Notes: generated by a model from the sequence alone, not told the origin. A stretch of 64,000 nt of DNA from an uncultured delta proteobacterium (GCA_963808625.1 CAWEHK010000037.1:32001-96000), one strand, 5' to 3'. Positions 46,081 to 58,662 are shown, numbered from the stretch's first letter. Numbers and translations are program-made.

Positions 46081-48157
46081 CTACTTCTCTTCTTTGGCCG
46101 CCAGGATTACTTTTTCCTGGAGCGGGCCGGGAACTTCCTCGTAATGGGAAACCTTCATCGTGAACATGCCGCGTCCGGCGGTCATGGAGCGCAGGTCCGG
46201 CGCGTACTTGAGCACTTCCGCCAGGGGCACATTGGCCTTGATGATCTGTTTCTTGCCTTTGCTTTCCATCCCAAGGACCCTGCCGCGGCGGGAGTTCAAG
46301 TCACCGATCACATCCCCCATACAATCATCGGGTACGGTGATTTCCATGGCCATGATCGGTTCAAGGAGGGTGGGCTTTGCCTCCAGCACCGCTTTCTTGA
46401 AAGCCATGGAACCGGCGATCTTGAACGCCATTTCTGATGAATCCACGGCGTGGAAGGACCCATCCACAAGATCCACCTTGAAATCAACGACCGGATACCC
46501 TGCCAGGGCGCCTTCGAGGGAGGCTTCGGCGATGCCTTTCTCCACTGCCGGAATGTACTGCTTGGGGATCACGCCGCCAACGATTTTATCGAAGAACTGG
46601 AACCCTTCACCCTTGGGCAGGGGCTCCATTTCGATCCTGCAATCGCCGTACTGCCCGCGACCGCCTGATTGTTTCTTATATTTGCCCTGGATTCGTGCCT
46701 TGCCCTTGATGGTTTCCTTGTAGGAAACCTTGGGCAGCCGCAGGTTGACTTCAACTCCGAACTTCCGCTTCAGCTTTTCCACGGTCGCTTCAATGTGGAT
46801 CTCACCCATTCCCGAAAGGATCATTTCCCTGGTTTCTTCATTGCGGTCCAACCTGAGGGTGAGATCTTCCTCCATCAAGCGGGTGAGCGAGGAGAAGATC
46901 TTTTCTTCATCACCCTTGCTCTTGGGTTCCACGGAAAGCGAATAAATTGCCGGAGGCAACTCGACGGGCGGGAAGATGATCGCGAATTTTTCCGAGCAAA
47001 GGGTGTCCTGGGTGGTGGTTTCTTTCAGTTTCGCGATGGCCACAATATCGCCGGGACCGGAGTACTGAACGGGTTCCTGGTTCTTGCCCTTGAGCCGCAG
47101 GAGTTGACCAAAACGCTCCTTTGCCTGTTCGGTAGAGTTATAGACTGATGGAATCGGGGCTCAGGGAACCGGAAAAGATGCGGATTACCGAAAGGCGGCC
47201 GGCATAAGGGTCGCTGATCGTCTTGATCACCAGGGCGCTGAAGGGGGCGTCCGCATCCGGCGTTCTCTCGACCTCGTCATCCTTGCCCGGCAGGGTCCCT
47301 TTCCTGGGTCCGCGGTCGACCGGCGAAGGCATATAATCCACGATCAAGTCCAACAATGGCTGGATTCCAACGTTCAGCGGCCCGGAACCGCAGGTGACGG
47401 GAACGAGTTTGCCGGAGACGACCGCATTCCTCAAACCAGTCAGGTTTCTTCCGGGGTTAGGCTTCCCTCTTCGAGATATTTTTCGAGCAATTCATCATTG
47501 GATTCTGCAACCCTTTCGGTGAGTTCTTCCTTGTATTGTGCCAAACGATCGGTCAGGTCAGCCGGGACATCCTGCACCTTCAAATTGGCCGCTATCCCCT
47601 TTCGTGTAGAGGTACGCCTTGTCAGTCAGAATGTCCACCACACCCTTGAAATTCTCTGCCGCACCAATCGGAATTTGAAGGGGTACGCAGGTTTTCCCGA
47701 AGTTATTTTGAATATCTTCTATGGTTTTGAAAAAGTCGGCACGCTCACGGTCCATTTTACTGATAAAAATCATCCGGGGCTGCTCGAACTCGTCAGCGAA
47801 TTCCCAAACCTTCTCCGTCTGCACGCGCACGCCGTCAATCGCATCAACCAGCACCAGGACGGCATCGGCTCCCTGCATGGAGGTCTTGGTCTCGGCGATG
47901 AAGTTGAAGTCGCCGGGGGTATCGACGATGGTGAGCTGATGTTTTCGCCATGCCAGGGTGTTGAAGGCCGTGCTGATCGTGATTTTGCGTTTCACCTCTT
48001 CCGGTTCATAGTCCATCACGGAAGTGCCCTCGTCGACCTTACCGAGGCGGGTCGTTACGCCACCGTTGAACAACATGGCTTCAGCGAGGGAGGTCTTGCC
48101 TGCTCCTCCATGAGAAATGATGGCGAAAGTTCGAACCTTCGAGACATCCTCTTTCAT
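46081..48157 (-). CDS. fusA: Elongation factor G paralogue (frameshifted)
   Basis: HGGAGKTSL, DTPG, KKQSGGRGQYG, DGSFHAVDSSEMAF; not in an rps/tuf operon. Confidence 0.92.
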
Positions 48158-48399
48158 ATTCCTTCCTTTCTATGACCCTTACGGCGAAGAGCGCGAAATC
48201 ATGTATTCCCAGAGAAAATACAAAGGGGCAAGATAGGGCAAGTATGAATCTAAAGTCAAGATAATTCACGCTGATATCAAGCCCGAGAAGACCTTTATCG
48301 AGACTTTCTGATTGCTTTTTTTACTTTCTGTGTTAGTTAGTTTGCTTCTTTCGATTCTTTTTTTTGAAGCCTTTTGATGGGATATGAATTGAGCGAGAG

Positions 48400-49344
48400 A
48401 TGACGGACCCACTCACCCTGGAGCAATCGAAAACGCTGTTTCTGGAATACCTGCGCCACGAGCGCAGCCTGAGTGAGGAGACCTGCCGCGCTTATGCCGG
48501 CGATCTCGAGCAGTTCCACCGGTATCTCCAAAAGAAGACGTGCACCGAGCCAATCCGCATCGCGGCGATTACGTCCGACACGATTCGCAGTTTTTTTGCC
48601 GCCATTCATAAGGACCTCAAAAATACGAGTCGCGCCCGCAAGCTATCGACCCTGCGATCGTTTTACAACTATCTGACCGATCGTGGCTGGCATCAGGAAA
48701 ACCCTGCCCAACGCGTGGCTGCTCCCAAGGTCAGACCAAAGATCCCCGGTTTTCTTGATGTCGACGATGTCTTTCACTTTCTGGACTCACTGCAGCGCAG
48801 CGCCGCACATCCGAAAGGTTCCTGGCGAAGACTTCGCAATTGGGCCATTTTTGAATGCCTCTATTCCATTGGCGCGCGGGTTAGCGAACTGGTTGGCCTG
48901 AATGGCTCGGACGTTGATTTTGACCAAGGCCTGGTCCGCATTCGCGGCAAGGGGAAAAAGGAACGGGTGGTCCCGATCGGGGAAAAAGCCCTGGAAGCCC
49001 TGAGGGTTTATCTGACAGCCATCGCCGGCCAGTTTCCGCAAGCCGGGGGCGGCCCTGGCCATCTCTTCCGAAATGCCTCCGGCGGCAGGCTCACAACCCG
49101 CTCGGTGCACCGGATCCTGAAGGCCGAACTCAGAAGGTGCGGCCTCTGGCAGCACCTTAGCCCCCATGGCTTGCGCCACACCTTTGCTACGCACCTCCTC
49201 AATTCCGGGGCGGATTTGCGCGCCATTCAGGAGATGCTTGGCCATGCGGCCCTCTCCACAACCCAGCGCTACACCCACGTCCATTTGGACCAACTGATGA
49301 AGACTTACGACGCGGCCCATCCGCGCAGCCGGAAGACAAAATAG
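48400..49344 (+). CDS. xerC: Tyrosine recombinase XerC
   Basis: [37 protein letters not shown]; upstream of hslVU. Confidence 0.9.
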   Translation: MTDPLTLEQSKTLFLEYLRHERSLSEETCRAYAGDLEQFHRYLQKKTCTEPIRIAAITSDTIRSFFAAIHKDLKNTSRARKLSTLRSFYNYLTDRGWHQENPAQRVAAPKVRPKIPGFLDVDDVFHFLDSLQRSAAHPKGSWRRLRNWAIFECLYSIGARVSELVGLNGSDVDFDQGLVRIRGKGKKERVVPIGEKALEALRVYLTAIAGQFPQAGGGPGHLFRNASGGRLTTRSVHRILKAELRRCGLWQHLSPHGLRHTFATHLLNSGADLRAIQEMLGHAALSTTQRYTHVHLDQLMKTYDAAHPRSRKTK

Positions 49345-49376
49345 CGCTTATCCGGATTCGGGAGACGACGATATCC

Positions 49377-49916
49377 ATGAAAGGGAAGAGCATTCACGGC
49401 ACAACGGTTTTTGCCATCCGCAAAGACGGGCATGTGGTCATGGCCGGAGACGGACAGGTTACCCTGGGCGACACCGTCATCAAGCATCAGGCAAAGAAGG
49501 TCCGCAAAATGTATCATGACAAGATCCTGACCGGATTTGCCGGCTCCACCGCCGATGCCTTCACCCTTTTTGAGAGGCTCGAAGCCAAACTGGAACAATT
49601 CAACGGGAACCTGAAACGGGCGGCCGTGGAACTCGCCAAAGACTGGCGGATGGACCGGGCGCTCCGCCGCCTGGAGGCCATGCTGATTGCGGCCGATCAC
49701 AACGACTGCTTTATCCTGAGCGGCACGGGAGACGTCATTGAACCCGACGACGGCATCGCCGCAGTGGGCTCGGGCGCCCCCTATGCCCTGGCGGCGGCCC
49801 GCGCCCTCCTGGCCCACACCGAGCTTCCGCTCCGGACCATCGCCGAGGAAGCCATGAACATTGCCGCGTCGATCTGTATCTATACCAACCGGGAATTCAC
49901 TTTCGAGGAGCTTTGA
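49377..49916 (+). CDS. hslV: ATP-dependent protease subunit HslV
   Basis: [27 protein letters not shown]. Confidence 0.96.
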   Translation: MKGKSIHGTTVFAIRKDGHVVMAGDGQVTLGDTVIKHQAKKVRKMYHDKILTGFAGSTADAFTLFERLEAKLEQFNGNLKRAAVELAKDWRMDRALRRLEAMLIAADHNDCFILSGTGDVIEPDDGIAAVGSGAPYALAAARALLAHTELPLRTIAEEAMNIAASICIYTNREFTFEEL

Positions 49917-49920
49917 TCTC

Positions 49921-51300
49921 ATGCAACAACCGCTGACTCCGGCAGAGATCGTTCGGGAATTGGACAAATTTATCATCGGCCAACGCGAAGCCAAACGGAT
50001 GGTCGCCATCGCCCTCAGAAACCGCTGGCGCCGCCAGCAGGTCCCGGAACATCTGCGCGACGAAATCGCCCCAAAAAATATCATCATGATCGGACCCACC
50101 GGTGTCGGGAAAACCGAAATTGCACGCCGGCTGGCGCGCCTGGCCCAGTCTCCGTTTCTCAAGATCGAAGCCAGTAAATTCACCGAAGTCGGGTATGTGG
50201 GCCGGGACGTGGAGTCCATGGTCCGAGACCTCATGGAACTGGCCGTCAGCATGGTTCGCTCGGAAGAACTGGAGACGGTCAAGCTGAAAGCTGAAGAACT
50301 GGCCGAGGAGAAGCTCCTCGACATTCTCCTGCCGCCCAAAAGGCAGCAGGATTCGCCGAAAGAGCAGCTTCTCGAAGCCCCGGGAGCAGCGCAAGCAGAC
50401 CGGGAAGAAGCAGAACGTGCCGACTCGACCCGCGAAAAACTCCGTAAGCTCCTGAAAGAGGGGTCTCTCGATGACCGCTATGTGGAATTGGATGTTCCCG
50501 ACCGGAACTTCCCCATGATCGAGATTTTCGCGGGAACCGGCATGGAGGAGATGGATTTCAACCTCCGCGACATGCTGGGTTCCATGCTTCCGCAGCGCTC
50601 CAAACGGCGTAAGGTCAAAATCCCCGAAGCCAGAGAGATCCTCGTTCAGCAGGAGTCGCAGCGTCTGATCGATATGGATAAGGTGATCAAACTCGCCATC
50701 GAGCGGGTGGAGCATTCCGGGATCATCTTCCTGGATGAAATTGACAAGATCGCCGGGCGCGAATCGGGAAGAGGGCCGGATGTTTCGCGGGAAGGAGTGC
50801 AGCGGGACCTCCTCCCCATTGTGGAAGGCTCCACGGTGACGACCAAGTACGGCATGGTGAAAACGGATCATATCCTCTTCATTGCCTCCGGGGCTTTTCA
50901 CATCTCGAAGCCCTCAGACCTCATTCCGGAACTGCAGGGTCGGTTTCCGATACGGGTTGAACTGACTTCGCTGAGCAAAGACGACTTCATCCGCATCCTT
51001 AAAGAACCTGAAAATGCCTTGATCGTGCAGTATGAAGCTCTCCTGACCACCGAAGAGGTGACCCTGGTTTTCGGGGATGAGGCCATTGAAGAGATCGCCG
51101 AGCTCGCCTACGAGGTCAACTCGAGAATGGAAAACATTGGCGCGAGAAGGCTCCACACGATCATGGAAAAGCTGCTCTCCGACATTTCGTTCAACGCCCC
51201 GGACCTCAGAGGGCAGACCATTCACATCACCCGGGATTATGTCCGCGAAACCCTCCAAAACATCATCAAGGATGAGGATTTGAGCCGGTATATTCTTTAG
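49921..51300 (+). CDS. hslU: ATP-dependent protease ATPase HslU
   Basis: [36 protein letters not shown]. Confidence 0.97.
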   Translation: MQQPLTPAEIVRELDKFIIGQREAKRMVAIALRNRWRRQQVPEHLRDEIAPKNIIMIGPTGVGKTEIARRLARLAQSPFLKIEASKFTEVGYVGRDVESMVRDLMELAVSMVRSEELETVKLKAEELAEEKLLDILLPPKRQQDSPKEQLLEAPGAAQADREEAERADSTREKLRKLLKEGSLDDRYVELDVPDRNFPMIEIFAGTGMEEMDFNLRDMLGSMLPQRSKRRKVKIPEAREILVQQESQRLIDMDKVIKLAIERVEHSGIIFLDEIDKIAGRESGRGPDVSREGVQRDLLPIVEGSTVTTKYGMVKTDHILFIASGAFHISKPSDLIPELQGRFPIRVELTSLSKDDFIRILKEPENALIVQYEALLTTEEVTLVFGDEAIEEIAELAYEVNSRMENIGARRLHTIMEKLLSDISFNAPDLRGQTIHITRDYVRETLQNIIKDEDLSRYIL

Positions 51301-51312
51301 GCGAAGAAGAAG

Positions 51313-51495
51313 TGATGAGTGATGAGTATGAGGTGATGAGTAAATGAGTAATGAGTGATGAGTGATGAGTGACCGGTGCTGGGTGATGAGTAATGAGTGA
51401 TGAGTGATGAGTGATGAGTGACCGGTGCTGGGGATGATAAATGGAGGAAGGGGAGGGTAGTGATGAGTAATGAGTGATGAGTGGCGAGTGAGTGA
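51313..51495. repeat. Heptamer tandem tract (tgatgag/taatgag)n
   Basis: Long gagtgat run interrupted twice by accggtgctggg. Confidence 0.85.
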
Positions 51496-51542
51496 CTTCT
51501 CAATAATTGCAGGATCACAATGAACTATGAAAACCCTGGGGC

Positions 51543-51620
51543 GTCATTCCCGCTTGCTTTTGGCGGGAATCCAGAGTCTTTCTGATCGCTGGACCCCCGC
51601 CAAAAGCACGCGGGGGTGAC
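51543..51620. repeat. Palindromic GTCATTCC element, copy 3
   Basis: gtcattcccgcttgcttttggcgggaatccag...ctggacccccgccaaaagcacgcgggggtgac. Confidence 0.7.
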
Positions 51621-51737
51621 GGACTGCCTGATGCTTATTGACCAAGTTACGCGAGTGAGGGGTCCTGAGTGATGAGTGGTGGGGGAATGCGCTGAAATGG
51701 TGGTAGGCAACATCGCAATAACCTGAGGAGCAGGCGG

Positions 51738-52613
51738 GTGGAAAAGGCGAGAATACTTGTTGAAGCGCTTCCATACATTCGAAGATTCTATCAGACGACC
51801 GTCGTCATCAAATACGGCGGGCATGCCATGGTGGCTGATGACCTTAAGGACAGCTTCGCCCAGGACATTGTCCTGATGAAGTACATCGGGATCAATCCGG
51901 TCGTCGTCCATGGGGGTGGCCCTCAAATCAGCGAAATGCTCACGCGCCTGGGAATCAAGAGCCGTTTCCACGACGGCATGCGGGTAACCGATCCGGACAC
52001 CATGGACGTCGTGGAGATGGTCCTGGCGGGAAAGATCAACAAGGAAATTGTCTCGCTGATCAACCGGCACGGCGGTCAGGCCATTGGGCTGAGCGGGAAG
52101 GACGGACAACTCATTGAAGCGCGCAAGCTCAATGTCTACCGCAATCAGGGGGAGGATCGACCGCCCGAGATCATCGACATCGGGTTAGTCGGAGAAGTGC
52201 AGCGAATCAATGTCGAAGTCCTCATGACCCTGGAGCGGAGCAACATGATCCCGGTGATTGCCCCCGTTGGGGTCGGGCGGGACGGGGAAACTTACAACAT
52301 CAATGCCGACCTGGTCGCGGGCAGCATTGCCGGCGCCCTTCATGCGAAGAAACTCATCCTCATGACCGATGTTCCGGGAGTGCTGGATAAGGAGGGCGTG
52401 CTCATTCCCAGCATGACCATTGCCGAAGCAGCGGAAGCCATGCAGCAGGAAACTCTTCGCGGGGGAATGATCCCGAAGGTCCAGTGTGCCGTCGACGCCC
52501 TGCAGGAGGGCGCAGAAAAAGTACACATTGTGGATGGCCGGATTCCCCATGCCATTCTTCTCGAAATCTTCACCGATGCCGGAGTTGGTACGGAAATCCT
52601 GAAAGAGCGTTAA
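51738..52613 (+). CDS. argB: Acetylglutamate kinase
   Basis: [32 protein letters not shown]. Confidence 0.96.
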   Translation: MEKARILVEALPYIRRFYQTTVVIKYGGHAMVADDLKDSFAQDIVLMKYIGINPVVVHGGGPQISEMLTRLGIKSRFHDGMRVTDPDTMDVVEMVLAGKINKEIVSLINRHGGQAIGLSGKDGQLIEARKLNVYRNQGEDRPPEIIDIGLVGEVQRINVEVLMTLERSNMIPVIAPVGVGRDGETYNINADLVAGSIAGALHAKKLILMTDVPGVLDKEGVLIPSMTIAEAAEAMQQETLRGGMIPKVQCAVDALQEGAEKVHIVDGRIPHAILLEIFTDAGVGTEILKER

Positions 52614-52631
52614 GCGCAAAGGAAGCAGTTC

Positions 52632-53822
52632 ATGGAAGACGTGCAGTTATCCTGTCAGCAAAACATTTTTGGCACTTACGCCAGATTGCCGGTAGTGTTT
52701 GTCCGTGGTCAAGGCGTCAAGTTGTGGGACCAGGCGGGCAAAGAATACCTGGATTTCCTCGCCGGTATTGCGGTGTGCAACCTCGGTCATTGCCATCCGG
52801 AATTGACGCGGGTCATCTGCCGGCAGGCGGATACCCTGGTGCATGTGTCCAATCTCTTTTACACGCGCCCGCAGGTGGAACTGGCCGCCGAATTGACACG
52901 GCTCTCCTTTGCGGATAAGGTATTTTTTTCCAACAGCGGAGCGGAAGCCAACGAAGCTGCCATCAAGCTGGCTCGAAAGTACAGCAAGGACCGCAACGGT
53001 GCCGGGCGCTTCCACATCATCACCATGAAGGAATCGTTCCATGGCCGCACGCTCGCAACCCTTTCGGCCACCGGCCAGGAAAAGGTCCATAAGGGTTTCG
53101 AGCCGCTGGTCGGGGGGTTCACCTTTGTGGATTTCAATTCCATCGAGGCTGTGGAAAAAGCAATCACCGACAGGACCTGTGCAGTCATCGTGGAGCCCAT
53201 CCAGGGTGAAGGAGGCATCAATTTTCCCTCTCCCGGCTATTTGCAGGGGCTTAAAGAACTTTGTCGCAGGTACGACCTGCTGCTCATTTTCGATGAAGTG
53301 CAGGTGGGAATGGGCCGTACCGGGACGCTTTTTGCCTACGAACAGGAGGGGGTTGCTCCCGATATCATGACCCTGGCCAAAGCTCTTGGCAACGGCCTCC
53401 CGATCGGCGCCATGCTGGCTACGGATCAGGTTGCGGAAGCGTTCGTCCCGGGCAGCCATGCCACGACATTCGGCGGCACGCCGCTGGTGACTTCAGTGGC
53501 CTTGCGGGTGCTCGAGCTGATTTCCGCGCCATCCTTTCTCGCAAGGATCAGGGAAGTCGGGAGCTATTTCGTGGAGCGCCTCGAGGAGCTGCGCTCGCGG
53601 CACCGCCTGATCAAGGAAGTGCGCGGCCGGGGGTTGATGATCGGCGTCGAGCTCGAGGTCCCGGGAGCGAAGTTTGTGGAAAAGTGTCTCGCGCAAGGCC
53701 TGATTATCAATTGCACCCATGACACGGTGCTCCGCTTTGTGCCGCCCTTGATTGTCGAGAAACAAGAGATTGATCAGATGATCCGGATTCTGGATGAGGT
53801 TTTGAACGAGGAGACTAAATGA
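52632..53822 (+). CDS. argD: Acetylornithine aminotransferase
   Basis: NSGAEANEAAIK, FHGRT, EPIQGEGG, FDEVQ, TLAKALG. Confidence 0.95.
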   Translation: MEDVQLSCQQNIFGTYARLPVVFVRGQGVKLWDQAGKEYLDFLAGIAVCNLGHCHPELTRVICRQADTLVHVSNLFYTRPQVELAAELTRLSFADKVFFSNSGAEANEAAIKLARKYSKDRNGAGRFHIITMKESFHGRTLATLSATGQEKVHKGFEPLVGGFTFVDFNSIEAVEKAITDRTCAVIVEPIQGEGGINFPSPGYLQGLKELCRRYDLLLIFDEVQVGMGRTGTLFAYEQEGVAPDIMTLAKALGNGLPIGAMLATDQVAEAFVPGSHATTFGGTPLVTSVALRVLELISAPSFLARIREVGSYFVERLEELRSRHRLIKEVRGRGLMIGVELEVPGAKFVEKCLAQGLIINCTHDTVLRFVPPLIVEKQEIDQMIRILDEVLNEETK

Positions 53823-54727
53823 AGCGCGATCTGCTTACGATCCGGGACCTTTCTGCCGAAGAGGTCCACCAGCTTATCAGACGGGCTCAAGAAATGAAGC
53901 ACGAGCGGCGTTCCGGGGACCTTCGCCCGGCGCTTTCAGGAAAGATTCTCGGACTCATTTTTGTAAAACCTTCGACAAGGACCAGGGTCTCCTTTGAAAC
54001 CGCCATGTACCGACTCGGAGGACAATGTGTTTTTATGACCGCGCAAGACCTTCAGATCTCGCGTCAAGAACCCATGGCCGATACCGCCCGGGTCCTGTCG
54101 CGGTATCTTGACGGTCTCGTGATACGGACCTTTGCTCACCGGGATGTGGAAGAACTGGCGCGCTACGCGACGATTCCGATCATCAACGGCCTTACCGACC
54201 GCTTCCACCCCTGCCAGGTCCTGAGCGATCTGCTGACGATTCAGGAAAAACGAGGTAGCCTCCAGGACCTCTGTGTGGCCTGGATCGGCGACGGCAATAA
54301 CATGGCCCATTCCTGGATCAACGCTGCGGCGCGACTGGGCTTTACGCTTTATCTGGCCTGCCCCCGCGAATATCCGCCGGAGCAAGACATTCTGGAATGG
54401 GCCGAGCGCGAAGGGCGAGGAAAGATCCACCTGGTCCATGATCCGAAAGCGGCCGTCGGGTCAGCGGATGTGCTCTACACCGATGTCTGGGCAAGCATGG
54501 GGCAGGAAGCGGAAGCGGAAGAACGAAAGAAGATTTTCCATTCTTTTCAGATCAATGAAGAACTCCTGGCCGCGGCGCCGAGCCACGCCATCGTCCTTCA
54601 CTGCCTTCCCGCCCATCGCGGCGAAGAAATCACCGACCGTGTGATGGAAGGCCCGCAATCAGTGGTGTTCGACCAGGCCGAGAATCGCATGTTCCTGCAA
54701 ATGGCCCTGCTCGAGTGGATGCTCTGA
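53819..54727 (+). CDS. argF: Ornithine carbamoyltransferase
   Basis: STRTRVSFE, HPCQ, HCLPAHRG, QAENR. Confidence 0.96.
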   Translation: MKRDLLTIRDLSAEEVHQLIRRAQEMKHERRSGDLRPALSGKILGLIFVKPSTRTRVSFETAMYRLGGQCVFMTAQDLQISRQEPMADTARVLSRYLDGLVIRTFAHRDVEELARYATIPIINGLTDRFHPCQVLSDLLTIQEKRGSLQDLCVAWIGDGNNMAHSWINAAARLGFTLYLACPREYPPEQDILEWAEREGRGKIHLVHDPKAAVGSADVLYTDVWASMGQEAEAEERKKIFHSFQINEELLAAAPSHAIVLHCLPAHRGEEITDRVMEGPQSVVFDQAENRMFLQMALLEWML

Positions 54728-54730
54728 GAA

Positions 54731-54810
54731 CAGGAGACAGAAGTTAGGAGTCAGGAGACAGAAGTCAGGAGACAGAAGTCAGGAGACAGAAGTCAGGAGT
54801 CAGAAGACAG
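54731..54810. repeat. Tandem 14-mer (2x7) tract (caggagacagaagt)n
   Basis: Four copies plus heptamer variants after argF stop. Confidence 0.8.
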
Positions 54811-54901
54811 AATATAAAAATGATTTCTTCGTGTGACTTCGCAGTCCTTCGTGTGACTTCGTGGATGAAAGAAAAGAGATGCCGGAAACGGAAAGGAATT
54901 T

Positions 54902-56107
54902 ATGCGCGTCAAGAAAGTGGTGTTGGCCTATTCGGGGGGCTTGGATACTTCGATCATTTTGAAGTGGCTGATGGAAACCTATCAGTGTGAAGTCGTCGCC
55001 TTTGTTGCCGATCTGGGCCAGGGGGAAGAATTGCAGGAGGCTCGGGCAAAAGCGCTCGCCACCGGTGCCGTGAAGGCCCGGGTAGAAGATTTGCGCGAAG
55101 AGTTCGTACGAGATTTCGTCTTTCCCGCGTTCCGTGCCAATGCCATTTATGAAGGGCAATACCTCCTGGGGACCTCCATCGCGCGGCCCATCATTGCCAA
55201 GCATCAGGTCAGGGTTGCCGAGGAAGAGGGGGCCGATGCGGTCAGTCACGGCGCTACCGGAAAGGGTAACGACCAGGTGCGTTTCGAGCTGACCTACACC
55301 GCTCTGAACCCAAGCCTGAAGGTCATCGCCCCGTGGCGTGAATGGAATTTGAAATCGCGGACTTCGCTTATCGAGTATGCCAAAAAGCATGGCATTCCCG
55401 TGCCGGTCACTCAGGCGAAACCTTACAGCAGTGACCGCAATCTCCTGCACATAAGCTTCGAGGGTGGCATCCTGGAAGACCCGTGGGCGGAGCCCAAGGA
55501 TGATATGTTTGTGCTAACGGCCAATCCTGAAGGCGCCCCGAACGTGCCCGAAATTATCGAAATCGACTTCGAGCGCGGCGATCCGGTGGCCGTCAACGGT
55601 CAGCGCCTCAGCCCGGCTAACCTCCTGAGCACCCTGAACGAGATCGGGGGAAAGCATGGCATTGGGAGGGTCGATCTCGTGGAAAACCGCTTTGTCGGCA
55701 TGAAGTCGCGCGGCATCTACGAAACCCCCGGCGGCACGATCATGCGCGTGGGGCATCAGGCTGTGGAATCGATCACGATGGATCGCGAGGTGTTGCATCT
55801 GCGGGATTCGCTGATTCCACAATATTCGCGGCTGATCTACAACGGCTTCTGGTATTCTCCCGAGATGCGGCTGCTCCAGGGGATGATGGACCTGGCCCAG
55901 GAAAACGTTTGGGGCACCGCGCGGCTCAAGCTCTATAAAGGGACCTGCCAGGTCCTGGGACGCAAATCCGACCGCTCGCTCTATCAGCCCAGCTTCGCCA
56001 CCTTTGAAGAAGATGACGTTTATCAGCAGGACGACGCCACCGGTTTTATCCGGCTTCAGGGGCTGCGGCTTCGCCTTCAGTCGCTCGTGAACAAACAGAA
56101 AAGCTAG
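54902..56107 (+). CDS. argG: Argininosuccinate synthase
   Basis: [34 protein letters not shown]. Confidence 0.97.
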   Translation: MRVKKVVLAYSGGLDTSIILKWLMETYQCEVVAFVADLGQGEELQEARAKALATGAVKARVEDLREEFVRDFVFPAFRANAIYEGQYLLGTSIARPIIAKHQVRVAEEEGADAVSHGATGKGNDQVRFELTYTALNPSLKVIAPWREWNLKSRTSLIEYAKKHGIPVPVTQAKPYSSDRNLLHISFEGGILEDPWAEPKDDMFVLTANPEGAPNVPEIIEIDFERGDPVAVNGQRLSPANLLSTLNEIGGKHGIGRVDLVENRFVGMKSRGIYETPGGTIMRVGHQAVESITMDREVLHLRDSLIPQYSRLIYNGFWYSPEMRLLQGMMDLAQENVWGTARLKLYKGTCQVLGRKSDRSLYQPSFATFEEDDVYQQDDATGFIRLQGLRLRLQSLVNKQKS

Positions 56108-56139
56108 CTTTCGAATGATTGTTACAGAAGAGGGTTCCA

Positions 56140-57546
56140 ATGGGCGAAAAACCCTGGCAGGGTCGTTTTGAACAGCAAATGAACAAGCAGGTGGAGGAAT
56201 TCACCGCTTCCATCCATTTTGACAAGAGGCTCTATCGCTACGACATCGAGGGCAGCATTGCCCACTGCCGCATGCTTGCGGCCTGCAAGATCATTTCGGA
56301 TGAGGATGCCTCCCTCATTGTTGCGGGACTGGGAGAAATCCAGCGGGAAATCGAGCGGGGTGAAATCGACTTCGCTTCCGCCCAGGAAGATATCCACATG
56401 GCAGTCGAGCAGCGGTTGATCCAGAAGATTGGCGAGGTCGGCGGCAAGCTCCATACCGCAAGGAGTCGCAACGACCAGGTCTGTCTCGATATGCGGCTCT
56501 ATCTGCGTGACCTGCTGGCCCAGTGCCGCAGCCTCCTTCACGAAGTGCAGAAGGTCCTGGTCGCCATGGCCGAACAAAACCTTGGCACGATCATGCCGGG
56601 TTTCACCCACCTGCAGCATGCCCAACCCCTCTTGCTCTCGCATCATCTCATGGCCTACTACGAGATGTTCCGACGGGATGACGAGAGGTTTGAAGGATGC
56701 CTGAAGCGCACCAATGTCCTGCCCCTGGGGAGCGCTGCTCTGGCCGGAACGACCCTGCCCATCAAGATGGAATGGACGGCTCAATATCTCCGCTTTCCGC
56801 GGATAACCGAGAACAGCATCGATGCGGTGAGCGACCGGGACTATCTCATCGAATTCAACGCCGCGGCGGCCATGCTCATGATGCATGTGAGCAGGATGGC
56901 GGAAGAATTGATTCTGTGGTCCACGAGTGAGTTCGCCTTCGTCGAGATCAGCGATGCTTTCTGCACCGGGTCGAGCATCATGCCGCAGAAGAAGAACCCC
57001 GACGTTCCTGAGCTGATGCGGGGAAAAGCCGCCCGTGTTTACGGCAATCTCATGGCCCTGCTGACCCTCACCAAAGCCTTGCCGCTCGCCTACAACCGGG
57101 ATTTGCAGGAAGACAAGGAGCCGGTGTTTGACACCGCCGATACCGTTGTCGGCACCCTGCGCCTGCTGGCACGGTTGCTTCCGGAAGTGCGCTTCAACAA
57201 AGATCGGATGGCAATGATGGCCGGTGAGGGGTTTACTCTGGCAACGGACCTGGCCGACTATCTGGTCCGCAAGGGTGTCCCTTTCCGCAAAGCGCACTAC
57301 GTCGTCGGGCAGCTGGTACAGCACTGCCTTCGCACCGGTACGACGCTGCAGCAATGCAGCCTTGACGAACTGAGATCGTTCCACAAGGCGTTCGACCAGG
57401 ATGTTTTTCCTTTTCTCGAAATGGACAGTGTGATCGATCAGAGAAAGTCGCTGGGGGGGACAGCCTCCTCCCGGGTCCAGGAAGCGTTGCACCGGGCCCG
57501 TCAGGAATTGCAGGCGAAAGAAGCGGCATTGCAGCTGAAACCTTGA
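56140..57546 (+). CDS. argH: Argininosuccinate lyase
   Basis: LHTARSRNDQ, GSSIMPQKKNPD, YNRDLQEDK. Confidence 0.97.
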   Translation: MGEKPWQGRFEQQMNKQVEEFTASIHFDKRLYRYDIEGSIAHCRMLAACKIISDEDASLIVAGLGEIQREIERGEIDFASAQEDIHMAVEQRLIQKIGEVGGKLHTARSRNDQVCLDMRLYLRDLLAQCRSLLHEVQKVLVAMAEQNLGTIMPGFTHLQHAQPLLLSHHLMAYYEMFRRDDERFEGCLKRTNVLPLGSAALAGTTLPIKMEWTAQYLRFPRITENSIDAVSDRDYLIEFNAAAAMLMMHVSRMAEELILWSTSEFAFVEISDAFCTGSSIMPQKKNPDVPELMRGKAARVYGNLMALLTLTKALPLAYNRDLQEDKEPVFDTADTVVGTLRLLARLLPEVRFNKDRMAMMAGEGFTLATDLADYLVRKGVPFRKAHYVVGQLVQHCLRTGTTLQQCSLDELRSFHKAFDQDVFPFLEMDSVIDQRKSLGGTASSRVQEALHRARQELQAKEAALQLKP

Positions 57547-57570
57547 GCTCACGGACGGAAAAGCACTGGC

Positions 57571-58662
57571 ATGATTGAACGAATACAGCGCGGTATGGTT
57601 TATTCCCCTCTTGCGAGTCTGGTACCGGTCTTCTTCCTGGGAGTGCTTCTGTCGGGTTGCGGCGTGAAGAGCTATCCGAAACCCATCGCCCTCGATCAGG
57701 TCCCGCAGATCCAGGACCTGAAGACCCAGGTCCGGCTCAAAGCCGTTGAACTTACCTGGTCGCTTCCGGACCAGCTCAATGAGGCCCTGAAAGACACCGG
57801 CTACAGCCTTGCCGTTCTCAAAGGCGAGGTCAACTGGGAAAATCGCAACTGTCTGGAATGTCCGGCAGCATTGCCGCAGGAAGTCGTGATCATTGATCCC
57901 ATGCGTCCGGCGCCTGCGGTTCGAGAGGGCAACGTGTTCACCTGGGCGGATACGGCCGTATCGGCACAGCACGCTTACCGCTACCATATTGCCGTGCAGG
58001 ATCGCAAGAAAGAAACGCTCTCGACGTCTAATCCTACGGTGGCGAAGATGCTCACGCCCCCACCTGCGGTTAAGAACCTGGCGGCAGCATCGGAGCCGCG
58101 GGGGGTGGTTCTGCAATGGAAGTTTACCGCCGCCAAGACGGTTCAGGGGCAGGTTGCACCGGGAGAAGCTCAGTTCTTATTGGAGCGTCACAGTCCGGAT
58201 GGCACCTGGGAAAAGCTATCCCCTGCGCCGGTTAAGGGAAATACGTTCCTGGATTCCGCCGTGGCTGCCAACCAGAGCTATGATTATCGGGTAACGCCGG
58301 TGTATGTCTTTGAAGATACCCTGATCCTGGGGGAACCTTCGGTTTTTCTCCAGGCCAAAGCCCCGAAAGCCATGCCCCCACCGCCGCCCGGCAACGTCTG
58401 GGTCATTCCGGTAAAGGGGGCCCTGGAGGTAAACTGGGTGCCGAGCGAAGGGAAGGTTGAGGGCTATCACGTCTATCGGCGCGAAGGAAAAGAAATCATT
58501 CGGCTGACGGCCACGCCGGTGAAAAATCCCCCCTATGTCGATGCTGCGGTCAGAAAGAACGTTGTGTACTCCTATGCCGTATCCGCCGTGGGCAATCAGG
58601 CCGGGAAAAGGGAAGGACTGGTATCCAAGTGGGTTGAGATGAGGAGTTTGATGATCGATTAG
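57571..58662 (+). CDS. Lipoprotein with fibronectin type III-like domains
   Basis: LSGC lipobox then GVK; repeated L.W...Y.Y.V strands (VELTW..YRYHI, VLQW..YDYRV, EVNW..YSYAV). Confidence 0.8.
   Translation: MIERIQRGMVYSPLASLVPVFFLGVLLSGCGVKSYPKPIALDQVPQIQDLKTQVRLKAVELTWSLPDQLNEALKDTGYSLAVLKGEVNWENRNCLECPAALPQEVVIIDPMRPAPAVREGNVFTWADTAVSAQHAYRYHIAVQDRKKETLSTSNPTVAKMLTPPPAVKNLAAASEPRGVVLQWKFTAAKTVQGQVAPGEAQFLLERHSPDGTWEKLSPAPVKGNTFLDSAVAANQSYDYRVTPVYVFEDTLILGEPSVFLQAKAPKAMPPPPPGNVWVIPVKGALEVNWVPSEGKVEGYHVYRREGKEIIRLTATPVKNPPYVDAAVRKNVVYSYAVSAVGNQAGKREGLVSKWVEMRSLMID

Noticed and set aside
48400..49344. Prophage/island integrase
   Set aside because: xerC-hslV-hslU-argB context indicates housekeeping XerC.
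51297..51518. His/Ser-rich ORF (THHSSLI...)
   Set aside because: Translation of the heptamer tract.
56122..58116. 664-aa minus-strand ORF and similar long antisense ORFs (49305-50339, 61108-62280, 62882-63934)
   Set aside because: Shadow ORFs opposite well-supported genes in GC-rich DNA.
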